A DNA stretch of 64,000 nucleotides from an uncultured bacterium (GTDB lineage: Bacteria; Patescibacteriota; Microgenomatia; UBA1400; CG1-02-47-37): contig CAXBYZ010000002.1 of assembly GCA_963980215.1 (NCBI GenBank), forward strand, positions 1,726-65,725, in the 5' to 3' direction. Positions within the stretch are counted from its first letter, which is position 1. Each line of letters starts with the position of its first letter. Positions 8,047 to 18,437 of this stretch are shown one piece after another. Position numbers and translations under genes: made by a program. Below the pieces are notes generated by a model that saw only the letters and a program-made list of their open reading frames with translations, was not told the DNA's origin and searched no databases.

Positions 8047-8694
8047 TTATTCTCTTGAAGCAATATCTGCCAAACTTGTCTTAATTATCTCATCATCTAC
8101 TTTAAACCCCGGCATAAACTCTACCGTTTCTGAATAATCCACGTCCTTAAAATATGACAACTGGCTTCGTAGTAAAACTTCATCAAATAAACCCCCTCCA
8201 AAAATATCTACAGTCTTCTTACTAATCTCTTCTAGAGAAAACTGTTTCAATAAAAAATACACATCCACATAATCTTTCCACTTGGCTCTTTGACCCAAAG
8301 CAAATGCCTTCATACAACCAATCGATAACACATCAGGCATCTTAATCACTTCATCCCAATTCTCATTAACCGGCACCGGATATTTATACTGATACCAAGT
8401 CATTTTTACTCCATGAGTCATCACCGTTAACTGATTTTTCTGATTCACAAACGTTTCTTCAACTGGAAAATACTTGCCAACTTTTCCAATAATTTGATTA
8501 TTATCAAAGTCTATTTTTGTAAACAAATCAAAGTCTATCGACCTCCTATGACCGATCTGCAAAGCCAGGGCTGTTCCTCCCACCAAGTAATAATCATCTT
8601 TAAACTCCCTCACCAAATCAATTAAATCTTTCTGCTCTTTAGATAAAATATCAAGCTCAAACATATCTATTAAAATAGTTGCCAAATAAAGCAA
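8047..8694 (-). CDS. AbiEii/AbiGii-family nucleotidyltransferase (type IV TA toxin-like)
   Basis: YYLVGGTALALQIGHRRSIDFDLFT matches the GGTAL...R.S.D.D nucleotidyltransferase signature of AbiEii. Confidence 0.55.
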   Translation of the reverse strand: MLYLATILIDMFELDILSKEQKDLIDLVREFKDDYYLVGGTALALQIGHRRSIDFDLFTKIDFDNNQIIGKVGKYFPVEETFVNQKNQLTVMTHGVKMTWYQYKYPVPVNENWDEVIKMPDVLSIGCMKAFALGQRAKWKDYVDVYFLLKQFSLEEISKKTVDIFGGGLFDEVLLRSQLSYFKDVDYSETVEFMPGFKVDDEIIKTSLADIASRE

Positions 8695-8914
8695 TCCTTT
8701 CCGGCCGTAAATTCACTCTTCGTTTTTCTTGCGTCATATACAAAAACAGTTTCTTTATTTTTTTTAAACCCATCTTTTTCTTCAACCACAAAAAATCTTT
8801 CCACCGACCATAATTCAACACCCCTTCCACCACTGCTTCATCATCTAGTTTTGTCACATCACTCACCCACCACCATTTTTGCTTATTCTCAGTCAACCAG
8901 TTATTCAACTGCAT
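8657..8914 (-). CDS. Small hypothetical protein upstream of the AbiEii-like gene (possible cognate partner)
   Basis: The start is trimmed to the internal ATG (MQLNNWL...) so that it does not overlap ndk. No motif recognised. Confidence 0.25.
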   Translation of the reverse strand: MQLNNWLTENKQKWWWVSDVTKLDDEAVVEGVLNYGRWKDFLWLKKKMGLKKIKKLFLYMTQEKRRVNLRPERIALFGNYFNRYV

Positions 8915-8916
8915 TT

Positions 8917-9387
8917 TTATTCCCGCTCTTCCTTCGAATAAATCAAGCAATCCGAAGCACTCTCCCACTCTATAATCTCACTATCTTTAAAGACCAGTTT
9001 TCTCTCTTTTTCAGCCGACTCCACTCCATCCGAGGCATGAATCAAGTTTAACTGTTGGCTCATAGAAAAATCTCCCCGAATCGAACCTGCCTCAGCCTCA
9101 CGACCATGAGTCGTACCGACTAGTTTTCTAACCGTATCAATCGCTCCCACCCCACTCCAAACCATGGCCACAATCGGTGAAGACATCATAAATCCCTTCA
9201 AGTCACTAAAAAATCCTTTGTCTTTATGATGAGCATACCACTCATCCAAAATCTCGTCAGTTAACAACATCATCTTCAACCCAGACAACTTCAAACCCTT
9301 CTTCTCAAACCGATTAATAATCTCCCCCAACAAACCCCTCTGTAATCCATCCGGTTTTAGTAAAATGACTGAGTATTCAAACTTCAT
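8917..9387 (-). CDS. ndk: Nucleoside diphosphate kinase
   Basis: ILLKPDGLQRGL, the NLIHASD active-site His motif and GTTHGREAEAGSIRGDF. Confidence 0.85.
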   Translation of the reverse strand: MKFEYSVILLKPDGLQRGLLGEIINRFEKKGLKLSGLKMMLLTDEILDEWYAHHKDKGFFSDLKGFMMSSPIVAMVWSGVGAIDTVRKLVGTTHGREAEAGSIRGDFSMSQQLNLIHASDGVESAEKERKLVFKDSEIIEWESASDCLIYSKEERE

Positions 9388-9401
9388 ACCATCATTATAA
9401 C

Positions 9402-10679
9402 CTACCCCACCAATTTTTCAAATCGAGCCTTGTCTTTAAAATCCCCCAAGACCGTCAAATTTAACTTATTTTCTTCAAATACCCTCTTAGCAGTTTTACT
9501 AATCCCGGCCACACTCACCTCGTCAATCTTGGCTTTAATTTTTTCCACTGTCCTAATCTCGTTCTCCATCAATAAATTCTCACCAAACAAGTTAGCCACC
9601 GACTGACTATCCTCCAAAGATAAATCAATCCTCCCTTTCAAGTACTCTTTGGCTCGCTTCAACTCCACTTCACTCACCGTCTCAATTTTTTGATACTCTC
9701 CCCGCACCACCTTGATAGCCTCATCCACTCGCTTGGCATCACAACCGGCTTGAGTTACCAAGTAGCCGGTATCAAGCAGTAAATCTATACTGGAGCGAAC
9801 ATAGTAGACCAAGCCCCGCTTTTCTCGAATTTCATCCCACAACCTTGAGCTAGTGTTGCCTCCCAAAATAGTGTTTAACATCATCAAGTTATACCGATCG
9901 GGGTCAGTTGACTTAAACGTCTCCATTCCCAAGCAAAAATGGGCTTGCTGTATTGGTTTTTTCACTAATTTAACTCTCGCCTTTTCCTGTTTCACCACCA
10001 CTTGATTAGGTTTATCCGTAAACTTAATTTTCCCCTTCCGGTTGGATACAAATACCTCCTCAATCTGTTTTTCGGCCGTTTCCAAGCCACCTCCAGCCAA
10101 GACCAAAACCATATTAGCCGGTTGATACCAATAATCCAAGTACTTCACAAACTCCTTGTGTCCCAAAGATTTTATATTCTCAGCCGGTCCAATCACCAAT
10201 TGACCTAACTGGGTCGCACTATATACTTGTGATACAAAAGACTGAGCCACATTCCTCATCGGGTTATCCTCATACATCTTGATCTCCTCCAAAATCACTC
10301 CCCGCTCTTTTTCCAACTCATCCGCCGGCAGTAGCGGTTCAAACACCGCTTGATGCAAAAACTCCAAGCCCAACTCTAAGTGTTTCTTACCAATCTTCAT
10401 CCAAAAAGCAGTCATTTCTTGAGAGGTAAAAGCATTAAAGACGCCACCAACCGACTCAATCACCCGATTCATCTCCATTGGTGTTGGCCACTTCTTAGTT
10501 CCCTTAAACACCATGTGCTCCAAAAAATGTGAGATCCCGTTTATCTTGGCCGACTCATCCCTACTCCCCACTCGCACCATCACCATCGCCGTCACCGACT
10601 CGGTGGCCATCGGTATTTTTACCACCGTCAAACCATTTGCTAAAACCTGATTTTTTACTTGAAAACTCATAATAACCAC
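9402..10679 (-). CDS. M16-family zinc peptidase (pitrilysin/insulinase-like)
   Basis: The inverted zinc motif HFLEH plus a downstream E (GISHFLEHMVFKGT), with a ~420-aa two-domain length. Confidence 0.8.
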   Translation of the reverse strand: MVIMSFQVKNQVLANGLTVVKIPMATESVTAMVMVRVGSRDESAKINGISHFLEHMVFKGTKKWPTPMEMNRVIESVGGVFNAFTSQEMTAFWMKIGKKHLELGLEFLHQAVFEPLLPADELEKERGVILEEIKMYEDNPMRNVAQSFVSQVYSATQLGQLVIGPAENIKSLGHKEFVKYLDYWYQPANMVLVLAGGGLETAEKQIEEVFVSNRKGKIKFTDKPNQVVVKQEKARVKLVKKPIQQAHFCLGMETFKSTDPDRYNLMMLNTILGGNTSSRLWDEIREKRGLVYYVRSSIDLLLDTGYLVTQAGCDAKRVDEAIKVVRGEYQKIETVSEVELKRAKEYLKGRIDLSLEDSQSVANLFGENLLMENEIRTVEKIKAKIDEVSVAGISKTAKRVFEENKLNLTVLGDFKDKARFEKLVG

Positions 10680-11008
10680 CTATATAAAGGTGTCACCTGT
10701 ATTCTACCACTTTTACTTTTTATTACATCTTCTTCTGCCTCGGTAACAATTATCTTCCTCACTCCCCTAATCTCTTTTGAAAGCTCCACCAATGACCTTA
10801 CTTCTCGATTTCTAATTACTTCATTATCCAAACTCAAGCTAGCTTGAATCGCCAGCTTTTTCTCCGGTACATAAAAATCCACTTCCAAATTATTTTTAGT
10901 TTGATAATAATATACTTGTTTATACTGCTGTCTCAACCTTAAATAAACCAAGTTCTCCAACAACCGACCGGAATTAGCCGAAAATGAAAATCCCACCGAC
11001 TTTGCCAA
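10667..11008 (-). pseudogene. 3' fragment of a DUF4143-type AAA ATPase gene (C-terminal domain only)
   Basis: LENLVYLRL...EVDFYV...IQASLS match the C-terminal DUF4143 region of the full-length paralogs at 43932-45110 and 54857-56017. The P-loop half is missing. Confidence 0.45.
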
Positions 11009-11169
11009 ACCAGTATCAATCGAGTAAACCTTGCTTTATTTTAGTAGCCAAACTGCCACAATCTTGATTCAACCTCTAGTTGGCGCAGAAACTCCACCTA
11101 CAATTGGAGTAGATCACTCCAATGCTTTGACTCTCAAGAAAACAACTACTAACCTGAATTTTGAGTCAT

Positions 11170-11565
11170 TTACGCTACTATTGCTCCAACGGGTAGAGGA
11201 TTAGCAGAAAAGTCATAATCATCCACTATCAGTTGAGCTAATCTCTCCCACATTCCCACCTCCGCCATCACATCAGGGTCAATATGTAAATCAAGCAAAT
11301 TAGTTGGATAAGTATGATATTTTTGGTGTAAATATTTTAAGGTTTGTTCATAATAGCTATCTAAACTTCCACCTTGAACAACAAACACCTTGGTAAACTC
11401 CCGTACTGCCACTGCCCGTAAAAAGTCCCCTGCACCTAATTTTTCAAATAATCCCCATTGATGAAGTGAATCCCAAAACTCCCGAGACACCCCCCTACCC
11501 TTAGGGTCTGGAGCCTTTATCCCACTTATTAGTGACCCATCTGGTCTGCAAAATATTTCTCTCAT
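11170..11565 (-). CDS. Hypothetical protein (ORFan operon, gene 4)
   Basis: A long ORF in an operon-like array; no motif recognised. Confidence 0.4.
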   Translation of the reverse strand: MREIFCRPDGSLISGIKAPDPKGRGVSREFWDSLHQWGLFEKLGAGDFLRAVAVREFTKVFVVQGGSLDSYYEQTLKYLHQKYHTYPTNLLDLHIDPDVMAEVGMWERLAQLIVDDYDFSANPLPVGAIVA

Positions 11566-11569
11566 ACAA

Positions 11570-12436
11570 CTACACCACCACCAAACTCTTTTTAAACTTC
11601 AATACTTCTTCTATTAAATCTTTTTCTTTCCAAGTTGTTACAACCCTTAATGGATCCAAACACCAAGTAATTAGTTTCAAGTGTTTATTCATTAACGCAC
11701 CTCCTGTTTCTGAAGGTACTTTTACTTTCCTAGCCAATCTTTTTCCAAAGCTTTTTCCATAATTTACAGCCAACAATCCATTTTGATTAGCAGTCACTTC
11801 CAACAATACTTCATTCCGATGACCGTACCACTCCTTAGAGGGATTCAATGAATATTCCTCACTTTGTGTATCAACCAATCTTACACCTATGCCTTTATCA
11901 CTCTCAACAAATACATATCTAGATTCAGGCACCCTATTAGGGTTTTGCCCATGAACTCTATCATCTCCATTCAACCAACCACCACGTAAACTATACTCCC
12001 CATTTTCTGGATGCGAAAACAACAAAAAACTCGCTTGTACCCCCTTCCAACTCCATGACTTCATCAGAGTATCTTGAATCTCAAGACCCTCTCTAGCCAT
12101 ATGCACCTGAACACCAACCTGAGAGTACTGAAACACCCCTTGCCCATCCATAAATACTTGTACTTGAGTATCAATACTTGCATTTTTATCGTCAAGCAAT
12201 AGCGTTACAGCGTGGTGATCCGCAGAGAGTCTCTTATACTGTATTCTCCACACACTCTCATTCTCTCTCCCTTCACTTTCTCCAACTTCTAAATAAAAAT
12301 TTGGATCATCCATATTTTTGGGGAAAAATAGTTCAAGTCTTGGTGACTGTCGACTACCAACACATCCCTCATAGGAGGAAATATCAACAGTGGGAGCTAT
12401 GCTTCTCTCAGTTGACATGACCCCCCTCAAACCCAT
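11570..12436 (-). CDS. Hypothetical protein (ORFan operon, gene 3)
   Basis: A long ORF, tightly spaced with its neighbours; no motif recognised. Confidence 0.4.
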   Translation of the reverse strand: MGLRGVMSTERSIAPTVDISSYEGCVGSRQSPRLELFFPKNMDDPNFYLEVGESEGRENESVWRIQYKRLSADHHAVTLLLDDKNASIDTQVQVFMDGQGVFQYSQVGVQVHMAREGLEIQDTLMKSWSWKGVQASFLLFSHPENGEYSLRGGWLNGDDRVHGQNPNRVPESRYVFVESDKGIGVRLVDTQSEEYSLNPSKEWYGHRNEVLLEVTANQNGLLAVNYGKSFGKRLARKVKVPSETGGALMNKHLKLITWCLDPLRVVTTWKEKDLIEEVLKFKKSLVVV

Positions 12437-13208
12437 CTTTAAACAAACATTCCGGTATAGTATATCCAGGAGTAAACCATATCCACTTTTCTATATTTTC
12501 TCTATCAAAAGTTACCGTGCTTCCGGAGTTATATTTTTTTCCTGCTAAATTCATTAAATTCCCCAACAAAGCTATAGGTGTTTTAGCAAGAATTCCAATT
12601 GAACTAACTAATTCTTTCATCATCGTTAACATTCCTTCTCTACCTCCATCCAAGACTAATTTTCCAGAGCAAGAGGTCACTGGATATTGAAATATTCCAT
12701 CATTTTCAATCTTAAACGGATTCAAACTAAAACTCTCCCCAAACTGTTCTTGATATCTTGCCAAAATTGCCCCACAACAATCATCCATAGCATCATTCAC
12801 ACCCACAAATTCACTATCTTTTTCCCACTTAACTACTTCTTTATATGAAAGACTCATCTTCCAACCATATCTGTCCACTGTAAACTGCAGTGGCACTCTA
12901 TATTTACACATCTCTTCATGCTCCCTAATCTCAGTAGAGCTCATATTTGACCTAAACACCTCACTCTCCCATCTCCACTCACCCTTCGAATTCACTACAC
13001 TCGTAATCCCGGGAACGTCTAGTACCAACCCATGGTCTTTCAAAACAGTAAATATAGGTAAAAATAATTTATCAAGACCTAATCTCTCAAATTCATGTTT
13101 ACGTGTATCTCCAAACGCAACAATCGTTGAATCTGGATCTATACGTAAAGCAAGTGGAGAACCACCGGATGATGAGATAGTAATCGTTTTTTCATGTTCA
13201 TTAACCAT
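12408..13208 (-). CDS. Hypothetical protein (ORFan operon, gene 2)
   Basis: A long ORF that overlaps the downstream gene by 29 nt. Confidence 0.4.
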   Translation of the reverse strand: MVNEHEKTITISSSGGSPLALRIDPDSTIVAFGDTRKHEFERLGLDKLFLPIFTVLKDHGLVLDVPGITSVVNSKGEWRWESEVFRSNMSSTEIREHEEMCKYRVPLQFTVDRYGWKMSLSYKEVVKWEKDSEFVGVNDAMDDCCGAILARYQEQFGESFSLNPFKIENDGIFQYPVTSCSGKLVLDGGREGMLTMMKELVSSIGILAKTPIALLGNLMNLAGKKYNSGSTVTFDRENIEKWIWFTPGYTIPECLFKDGFEGGHVN

Positions 13209-13219
13209 ACCACCACTCC

Positions 13220-13801
13220 TTATACTGCTACCAAATTTATAAACGCTTTAGTTACGGCACTCGCAAATCTAAGGCTATCGTGCACATACCATGGAGTTAA
13301 CGCCAGCGCTTGCTTATCATAACCTTCACCAAGTAATGAGTTTCTTTCAAATCTCAACCCATTTGCGGTCCGTCTTGGTTCCATCAGTAAGCCCCACCTC
13401 AATGATCTTGCTCTTGAAGCATTTAGTGTTTCAAGTTTGGAATGATTATTATCACCCGAAAGCAATATCATTGGTACCCAAACACTGTGCATATCATTAT
13501 TAACCAAACTCCACTGCGCCCTCACCCCATCACCTATTTGATGAATTTCTGAATAAGATTTTATTGATCCACCCATCTCTCTCCTCAATTTAAAATAAAT
13601 ATCAAATCCACTTGTTTCACCTCCAGTTTGTTCAAAAGTCATTTGATCTTGAGTCAAACCTTCTCTCGACAACCTTTGGCCCACCACCACTATTCCAGTG
13701 TGTAAATTTGCTCCAGGAGCTAACACTGTCCGTAATCCCGGAACTTCCCCCCATGGGGCATCATTGTTCAATAAATCTATTGCTTGCTCTGGTTCCCTCA
13801 T
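13220..13801 (-). CDS. Hypothetical protein (ORFan operon, gene 1)
   Basis: A long ORF at the head of a four-gene co-directional array. Confidence 0.4.
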   Translation of the reverse strand: MREPEQAIDLLNNDAPWGEVPGLRTVLAPGANLHTGIVVVGQRLSREGLTQDQMTFEQTGGETSGFDIYFKLRREMGGSIKSYSEIHQIGDGVRAQWSLVNNDMHSVWVPMILLSGDNNHSKLETLNASRARSLRWGLLMEPRRTANGLRFERNSLLGEGYDKQALALTPWYVHDSLRFASAVTKAFINLVAV

Positions 13802-13972
13802 ACGCTCGGAATTCTACAATAACTTCCAATAGTTGTCAACTATAAGCCTATATTGACAGATCGAGTTCCAAATGATATATTCCACCAACTATAACTTATA
13901 GTAAATAAATGTATGATAATAGAAGATAATTGACTTCTTTTTTCAATAAATAGTAAAAAAAATTAAAAAATT

Positions 13973-16690
13973 ATGTCACCACAGGAAAGAGCAGTAGTCA
14001 GGCTAGCAAAACTTCCTATAAGACTTGCCCTATCTGTTGTAGATACTCCAAATGCTGTGCTCACTAGAGACCTAGAAGAGAGTCTCTCTTTCGGAACCAG
14101 GCCAGGTCTTACAAATTTTCTCCTAAACACCTTTAATGACCGACTACAAACAGAGGTAAATTGGAAACTAAATCATCCTCAATTATATTACCCTCTAGCA
14201 AATAAACCAGAAGAAGCCGTTGTCTTTGAGCTTTATGATACTCACGCTCAGCTTGCTACCAACTTTTTAGCTACCGCAGGCAGAACTCTACCAAGTTCAG
14301 AAACATCTAAACATAACGCCCAACTTTTAACTAGACTGGCTATTAATTTAATTATTCAGTCAGAAAATTGTTATAAACCCAGCACCAGCACTGAAATATT
14401 TGAAGATAAAAGACTAGCCTCCATCACTACCAGAGTTGCCCAAACTCCTCTCGATCCAAACACCACCAAAGCTCTTGTAGAAGTCATAAAAACCTGCTTC
14501 AACAACAAAAGCCCAAATATTGACCAACAAGGTAAACCCATCCATCCACTCCTAAAAATCAAAACTGGCAGCAGAGTCGACCCAGAGACGAATAAAGTAA
14601 AAGAGGTAAATCTAACCCTGGAAACGGCTGAATATCTTTTAGGGCTTCTCACCGACCTCAAATTTAGTCGACCTCCAAAAGAAGTAGTTCCCTTAATACA
14701 ATCCCTTGCTTTTGGTATCGAAAACTGGACCAGGTTTGCTATTAAAAATCCAGAAAAATTTGCTCTAGAAGTTATTAGAGATATGACTAATACACATCCT
14801 TTTGGGAGTTACATTTATACCAAAACAGCCTGTGGACCAGATACTCAAGTTAGTCATACAAAATCAGAGAATCGCGCTGATGACCTAGGAACTTTACCAG
14901 AAAACTGGATGAAAAATGGTAATTTAACCATGGGTAAACAAAGTCCATATCCAGAATATACCACCGATACTTTTACTCATTTCCGTCCAAAACAAGCCAC
15001 CCCAACCAGAAAATTAGAACCAATCGGAGGCGAAACCCCAACCCCATTAAGAATTAACGATAGGATAGCATCAACTGCAATCAGACATTTCTCTAAATTT
15101 CATCCTGGTAGATGGATTGAAAATTTTTCTAGATTTCCTTGGTACTCTGAAAAATATAAAACTATGGGCGGTGAAGTCGCCTATGTTGATGACCGTCATA
15201 GTTATCAAGAATTAGCTAATGCCCAAGCTGAAATTGTAAAAAAACGAGTCGATCAACTCAAAATTATTATTGATAAAAGTAACTCACCAGACTCCAAACT
15301 CACTGCTACTCACGCCTTAGCTTGTTATCTGGTCGATTATCAAGATGACGAAAGAGGAATTAGTCATAGTTTAAGAAGTGCTCTAGACAAACACATTGCC
15401 CCCTTACTGGCACAAATAATTATCAATAGTCAACCTAATGATGCTATCTGGCCCATGCTTCAAAACACAGTGCCACTCATGCCGTTTAGTAGTATTGACA
15501 CCATGCTTCAACACATGGAGCAAAATATGGGCACCACTCAACACTGCTTTAACTGGGCCGCCTTTTGCTACATTGCCCACGGAGATATTGCTCAAAGTGG
15601 TTTTAATGGAATACACGTTAGCGATGAAACCAGAAAAGCCATTTTCTATAGTGCTCAACGAGTTATTTTTGACAAACTTCCAGATCAAAAAAGTGCCGGA
15701 GTTAACTTTGTTCACCCTATTATGGCTTTTGCCAACCCCAAACAATATCCTCATTTTCAAGAATCTATTGAAGTTGCAAGTTTAAATGTCCACGCTCTTG
15801 CCCCCAGAATAACTCAATCATGGAAAGAGTATGTAGCTTATGATTTACGAGGCCACGATACTAACCCTCCGTTTACAGCAGAAAAAATCAAACCATTACT
15901 CAATCTTCTCCCAGATCCAGAATCTGTTAGAGAACTCATGCAACAACTTCAAAAGATTAAAGATCCAGCAAGTGAACTAGACTCTATCCTCCCTGGCCTT
16001 GCTCAGGAACTAAACGAATCAAGACAATCCTTAATCCAAGCTCTTGACATTCTTGCCCCCACAGACAAAATAGTAGATTTCGATGAATTACAAGATTTTT
16101 TAAATAAAGAAAGCCTTAATCCGCAAGATATTGAAGATCTCCAAGCAAGAATAGTAGCTAAAATTTTTGATAAACCTGGTGACGCCGCCATCATCATTGC
16201 CTTAAAGGAATCAGGACTCCTTCCCCTTCTTACCAAAAATGAAGCAATAAAAGCTGCTAAAATTACTGCTCTTAGAGGGGTTGTCTCAAGTACAGCTAAA
16301 AATCTCTCTGATAGTGCCATGGAAGCTATGCTCACCAAAATTGAAACTCAACTAGAACCAATCAAAGCCACTCTCGCTCTTCAGCAAACTGCTCTTGATA
16401 TCACCAAAAGTATCAGAGAAGGGTTTTCTGATATTATGAAAACTCAAATTAATTTAAAACTCAAATATGTTAATCATCTCCAAAATCTGGTCAACTCCCA
16501 ACATGAAAACACAGAGTTGCAAAGGGTTAGAAAAACAGTTTATAACAACTGCGGTAAAATTAGAAAAGAGTTAAAATGTAACATAAGTCAATTATTACCT
16601 AATCTTACCCTTGAAGAGCTTGTCGAAATCCTTAACCTTCCCCCAGAAATACAAGAAATTTTACTACAAACAAATACAACTACTACCTAA
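13973..16690 (+). CDS. Large hypothetical cytoplasmic protein (905 aa)
   Basis: An uninterrupted 2.7-kb ORF with no TM or signal peptide and a helical, repeat-like C-terminal third. No catalytic motif recognised. Confidence 0.45.
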   Translation: MSPQERAVVRLAKLPIRLALSVVDTPNAVLTRDLEESLSFGTRPGLTNFLLNTFNDRLQTEVNWKLNHPQLYYPLANKPEEAVVFELYDTHAQLATNFLATAGRTLPSSETSKHNAQLLTRLAINLIIQSENCYKPSTSTEIFEDKRLASITTRVAQTPLDPNTTKALVEVIKTCFNNKSPNIDQQGKPIHPLLKIKTGSRVDPETNKVKEVNLTLETAEYLLGLLTDLKFSRPPKEVVPLIQSLAFGIENWTRFAIKNPEKFALEVIRDMTNTHPFGSYIYTKTACGPDTQVSHTKSENRADDLGTLPENWMKNGNLTMGKQSPYPEYTTDTFTHFRPKQATPTRKLEPIGGETPTPLRINDRIASTAIRHFSKFHPGRWIENFSRFPWYSEKYKTMGGEVAYVDDRHSYQELANAQAEIVKKRVDQLKIIIDKSNSPDSKLTATHALACYLVDYQDDERGISHSLRSALDKHIAPLLAQIIINSQPNDAIWPMLQNTVPLMPFSSIDTMLQHMEQNMGTTQHCFNWAAFCYIAHGDIAQSGFNGIHVSDETRKAIFYSAQRVIFDKLPDQKSAGVNFVHPIMAFANPKQYPHFQESIEVASLNVHALAPRITQSWKEYVAYDLRGHDTNPPFTAEKIKPLLNLLPDPESVRELMQQLQKIKDPASELDSILPGLAQELNESRQSLIQALDILAPTDKIVDFDELQDFLNKESLNPQDIEDLQARIVAKIFDKPGDAAIIIALKESGLLPLLTKNEAIKAAKITALRGVVSSTAKNLSDSAMEAMLTKIETQLEPIKATLALQQTALDITKSIREGFSDIMKTQINLKLKYVNHLQNLVNSQHENTELQRVRKTVYNNCGKIRKELKCNISQLLPNLTLEELVEILNLPPEIQEILLQTNTTTT

Positions 16691-16705
16691 AAACCCTAAG
16701 TTAAT

Positions 16706-17068
16706 ATGAATCATGAAACCACATCACCCATCAAGCGACTAGACTCAAATTCCCCACCATCTTCTCCGCCCAACATCATTGATTTCTATCAACATATTTT
16801 TTTTCAAAAAATTATTCTTCCATTTCTTCTCAATCCAATAATGAAAGCACGAGCCAAAGAAGAAGAACATTATTTTGGAGAAATAGTAACCGAAAAAACT
16901 CGTAAATTTTTTGGATTACCAGTTAATCCTTACGGAAATAGAGCATGGAGGGAAGTAAAACAAGAAAAATATCTTGTTCGTGATGAGCAAGGACGTATAA
17001 TGTCTCTAGCTGAGTATCGAGAAAAATACCCCAATAGTAACCAACACCCTGTACAAAACATATATTAA
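16706..17068 (+). CDS. Hypothetical protein
   Basis: An ORF immediately downstream of the 905-aa gene. Confidence 0.3.
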   Translation: MNHETTSPIKRLDSNSPPSSPPNIIDFYQHIFFQKIILPFLLNPIMKARAKEEEHYFGEIVTEKTRKFFGLPVNPYGNRAWREVKQEKYLVRDEQGRIMSLAEYREKYPNSNQHPVQNIY

Positions 17069-17086
17069 ATCAATCATTACCAAACT

Positions 17087-18337
17087 CTAACTCAATATCT
17101 CCCTTGCCACCTCACTTTCCCTCATCTCCCCCAGTAATTTCTGCGCTTCAAGATACATCCCTGCATTATATCCACTATTCTCCCAATCACGACTACAGAC
17201 AACATCCGTGCTCACAGTGCTTGACCTATCCAAATTATATGGCCGTAAACCCACCCGATTAATCTTCACTCTCCGAATAACCGGCACCATCGTGCCTCTC
17301 TCGGTCAACTGCAACCCCAAAGCCCGACCATCTAGCTTAGATAAATCATTTTCCTGTATCTCTGCCAAAGTCCTCGCCGTCAACCAATCAACTAACCTTA
17401 CTACTCGATCTACATAACTATTATCACCTGTCTGACGGACTGGCCAACCCGGCATAAAATTCCATACCTCCCATTTATATCCATGACTATCATCCAAAGT
17501 CACCCTCAACTTATCCGGCCTAATAGAAAAAACTACACCCAAACCATGCATCACCGCACTTACCCGCAAACCACAACACTGAGTAATTTGACTACTCTCT
17601 TTATTCCGCAGATTACTAGTCCAAGTTAAGTTATCTCTATGATATTTGCGCAGATTATCAGCCATTGCTAGCAACATTCCCCCCATTTCCATTTCCTTCC
17701 AAGCCAGAGTCATCTCTTGCGGACCAGGGAACTGCACCAGCCATTGACTCCGTTCCTGAGGATCCAAACTATCAAATGATAAAGTACCGCTAAACGGATA
17801 ACCAGCCCTGATCTTAGCTATTACTTTCTCCATCATTAAGTTATATGCAAACTGTCCGTCTACTTCTTTCTCAAGGATCGTCTGATTACTGTTATATCCA
17901 ATCGCCAACCTCCTATCATCCAAAGTCGACCTCACCCAATTCAACCCCTTCTCTGATATTGTAGGAGTTACTATCCTAAAGCTATTATCTAAATATCTAA
18001 TATATTCCCCATAATATGCGTCATCATCTTTTTTATAAATCAACGGCACACCACCTTCGTCAGACTTAACCGGCCTTGATGCCCACCACAAATCCGTCAA
18101 CCTAGACAAATGACTTATCCCCACCCTCATCGCCATCCTCAAATGCTCCTGTGTTACTTTCTCTCCTTTCATTAATGCCTCAGCATAACCTGGATGATCC
18201 ATCGCCCAACCAGCCGCCATCAGCTTACCCAAAGAAAGTTTAGGATATGGTGACTGCCTTTCCGGCCTACCATCCACCACACTATATCCACTCACGAAAT
18301 CTGGCATTAAAGATTTCTGCCTTGCGCGTTCTGTCAT
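17087..18337 (-). CDS. Hypothetical protein (416 aa)
   Basis: A long ORF convergent with the 905-aa gene. Confidence 0.4.
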   Translation of the reverse strand: MTERARQKSLMPDFVSGYSVVDGRPERQSPYPKLSLGKLMAAGWAMDHPGYAEALMKGEKVTQEHLRMAMRVGISHLSRLTDLWWASRPVKSDEGGVPLIYKKDDDAYYGEYIRYLDNSFRIVTPTISEKGLNWVRSTLDDRRLAIGYNSNQTILEKEVDGQFAYNLMMEKVIAKIRAGYPFSGTLSFDSLDPQERSQWLVQFPGPQEMTLAWKEMEMGGMLLAMADNLRKYHRDNLTWTSNLRNKESSQITQCCGLRVSAVMHGLGVVFSIRPDKLRVTLDDSHGYKWEVWNFMPGWPVRQTGDNSYVDRVVRLVDWLTARTLAEIQENDLSKLDGRALGLQLTERGTMVPVIRRVKINRVGLRPYNLDRSSTVSTDVVCSRDWENSGYNAGMYLEAQKLLGEMRESEVAREILS

Positions 18338-18437
18338 ATATACACCACAATGCGAGCAGGCTTATATTTACTATATACAACTTTACACTCTTACTCAAAC
18401 TACCGTATAATCTCCTCACTGCCCTATACTATAATAT

